From the NCBI RefSeq assembly GCF_031769215.1, contig NW_026781974.1, positions 558,001 to 622,000 on the forward strand: a stretch of 64,000 nt of DNA, written 5' to 3'. Positions 62,551-64,000 of the stretch are shown here, piece by piece. The position numbers and the translations under genes are program-made. The notes beneath the pieces were generated by a model. It was given only the letters and a program-made list of their open reading frames with translations. It searched no databases and was not told the DNA's origin. The stretch comes from Ylistrum balloti (Eukaryota). Numbering within the stretch: position 1 is the stretch's first letter; every line of letters starts with the position of its first letter.

Positions 62551-64000
62551 TATGTATGTATGTATGTAAGGGCGTGTGTGTGTGAACTTCTTTGTGTACA
62601 TACAATGAAAAAATGCAAAAATAAAATAAATATAAAAAAAAAAAAATTTCATTAATGATATGTACGTATCCTAAATTTACGAAATAAGTTGACATTCTTA
62701 GTTGAAACAGACTGTAACGTAAGCTCCAAACGATTCCCTATATAAACACCTTCCTTTCAAGTTGGCAGAGTTGGTGTTCGGGGAATGAGCCAATGTTCCA
62801 ATGGGACTGCTTTGAAGCCCTTGTTATCAGCTTACATTTAAAAGATCAATATCCACCACGTGTCATAAACACCAACGAACCGCGTTGGTCACACTGGCTT
62901 GACTACGCCAGTTATAGCACATACTTCACACCAATGTCGTGTCTTTATCATGAAATGAATACAACTGAATTTTATATATATGGTATATGTACAATAAATC
63001 AATTATCTTCTCTATAAGTGTACAAATTCGATCACATTTACATTCAGTTCTACAAGAAATTCATTATTGTATAAGCCTATGGCTAACCACCGTTCCTGTT
63101 TAGGCTACTCGACTGGAACATGGCGACATTCGACTGACGCGACCACTGGAAACAATGACTTTGGTTAATTACAAGCTTATTGTCTTGTAACATGTCATTG
63201 TCTGTTGCTACATATACACTATGTATAAGGAGAAAAAAACACCATACCTTTGTACCAGTTCCCGTGTCTTCGAACTTGCACACACACGTATAAAAAATAC
63301 ACGCAGTTCGGAAGGCCCTCGGATCTTATTAAGCACTGTGTGGACAGGTGTGTAACCAGTTAGACCACATATTTACTTCGGAGGTTATTAATCAGCACGA
63401 ACGTCCGGGCTGTTTGTGGAAACTTCAGTCTTATAACGCATACTAAAGGGGTGCCATCTGTAGTAAACATATGATGTTTACTGTTTAGTGATATTCAATG
63501 TATAATTATTTGAAGTGCTAATATTATTCAGTCAATATAATGATATCACTACAATAAAGTGACAAATTTGATATATTGCATACTAAACTCAGACACCAAT
63601 GCAGTCCCCTTAAGTATGACCTTTTTAGAGTTGAGAATATATCTTGTAGTTTTAGTCATCCTCGTGAGAATGTCTTTCAATATTTTATTGAATGACAACG
63701 TTCTCAATCAAAAGACGTATTTTAGTTCAAAATTGAGAAAATTAGACCGGTTGTGTTAGATGTAGGAATTCTTTTGTTTGGCGATTCTCAATTTTCCTTG
63801 AACCTCAATCCCAACATTATTAGATCTGTGCAAACTATATTAGTTATATTTTGATGTCAAATTGTAACAATAACTATATAATTTCAGTATTGTAAATTTG
63901 TATTGTCAATAGTGCAATGACTTTTCAAATGTATGCTGAGAAAAGGCGTTGATACGTTGCAATAACTCCACGTGCCTAATTCCTTGTCTATCTTTCGGCC

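Larger units (their letters stand above)
57205..62645 (+). mobile_element. L1/Tx1-type LINE, probably 5'-truncated, with TSD
   Basis: ATTTCATTAATGAT at 57191-57204 and 62646-62659; A-rich tail; APE-RT ORF2; no ORF1 recognised. Confidence 0.93.
56660..62791 (+). mobile_element. FLYWCH-MULE family non-autonomous copy C, split by a LINE
   Basis: Left end GATGTCTTCCCTGTACAGTTACTCTG (degenerate TIR), right end CAGAGTTGGTGTTCGGGGAATGAGCC; flanks AATATGCC / AATGTTCC (6/8 TSD match); internal sequence is the reverse complement of parts of copies A and B. Confidence 0.85.

Noticed and set aside
62242-62695. Asp/Met-rich and His-rich ORFs
   Set aside because: Translations of the GAT-rich minisatellite.

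Overview
AT-rich eukaryotic genomic DNA, probably a bivalve mollusc (inferred from repeat families, not proven), with one 263-bp assembly gap. Four host genes each have their coding sequence in one exon. (1) A secretory-pathway serpin (5628-6869, +) with signal peptide, dibasic reactive loop RMMKR|S and C-terminal KDEL; an inverted, truncated, frameshifted copy lies at 11603-12384. (2) A GT31/brainiac-like beta-1,3-glycosyltransferase (29449-30600, +). (3) A DUF1647-like type II membrane protein (37640-38596, -). (4) A type II membrane FkbM-family methyltransferase (51657-52637, -). Genes 2-4 look like a loose Golgi glycan-modification cluster, and the methyltransferase is a candidate glycan O-methyltransferase; this is the most interesting hypothesis here. 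The rest is mostly mobile DNA: an intact young Gypsy (identical 202-bp LTRs, CCATC TSD, single gag-pol ORF), a decayed BEL/Pao element, three FLYWCH-MULE copies, an L1/Tx1-type LINE with TSD and a duplicated 3' end, HERO and CR1-group LINE 3' fragments, nested MITEs, a Penelope/hammerhead-like inverted relic and several minisatellites. Coordinates and identities were read by eye; no searches were run.
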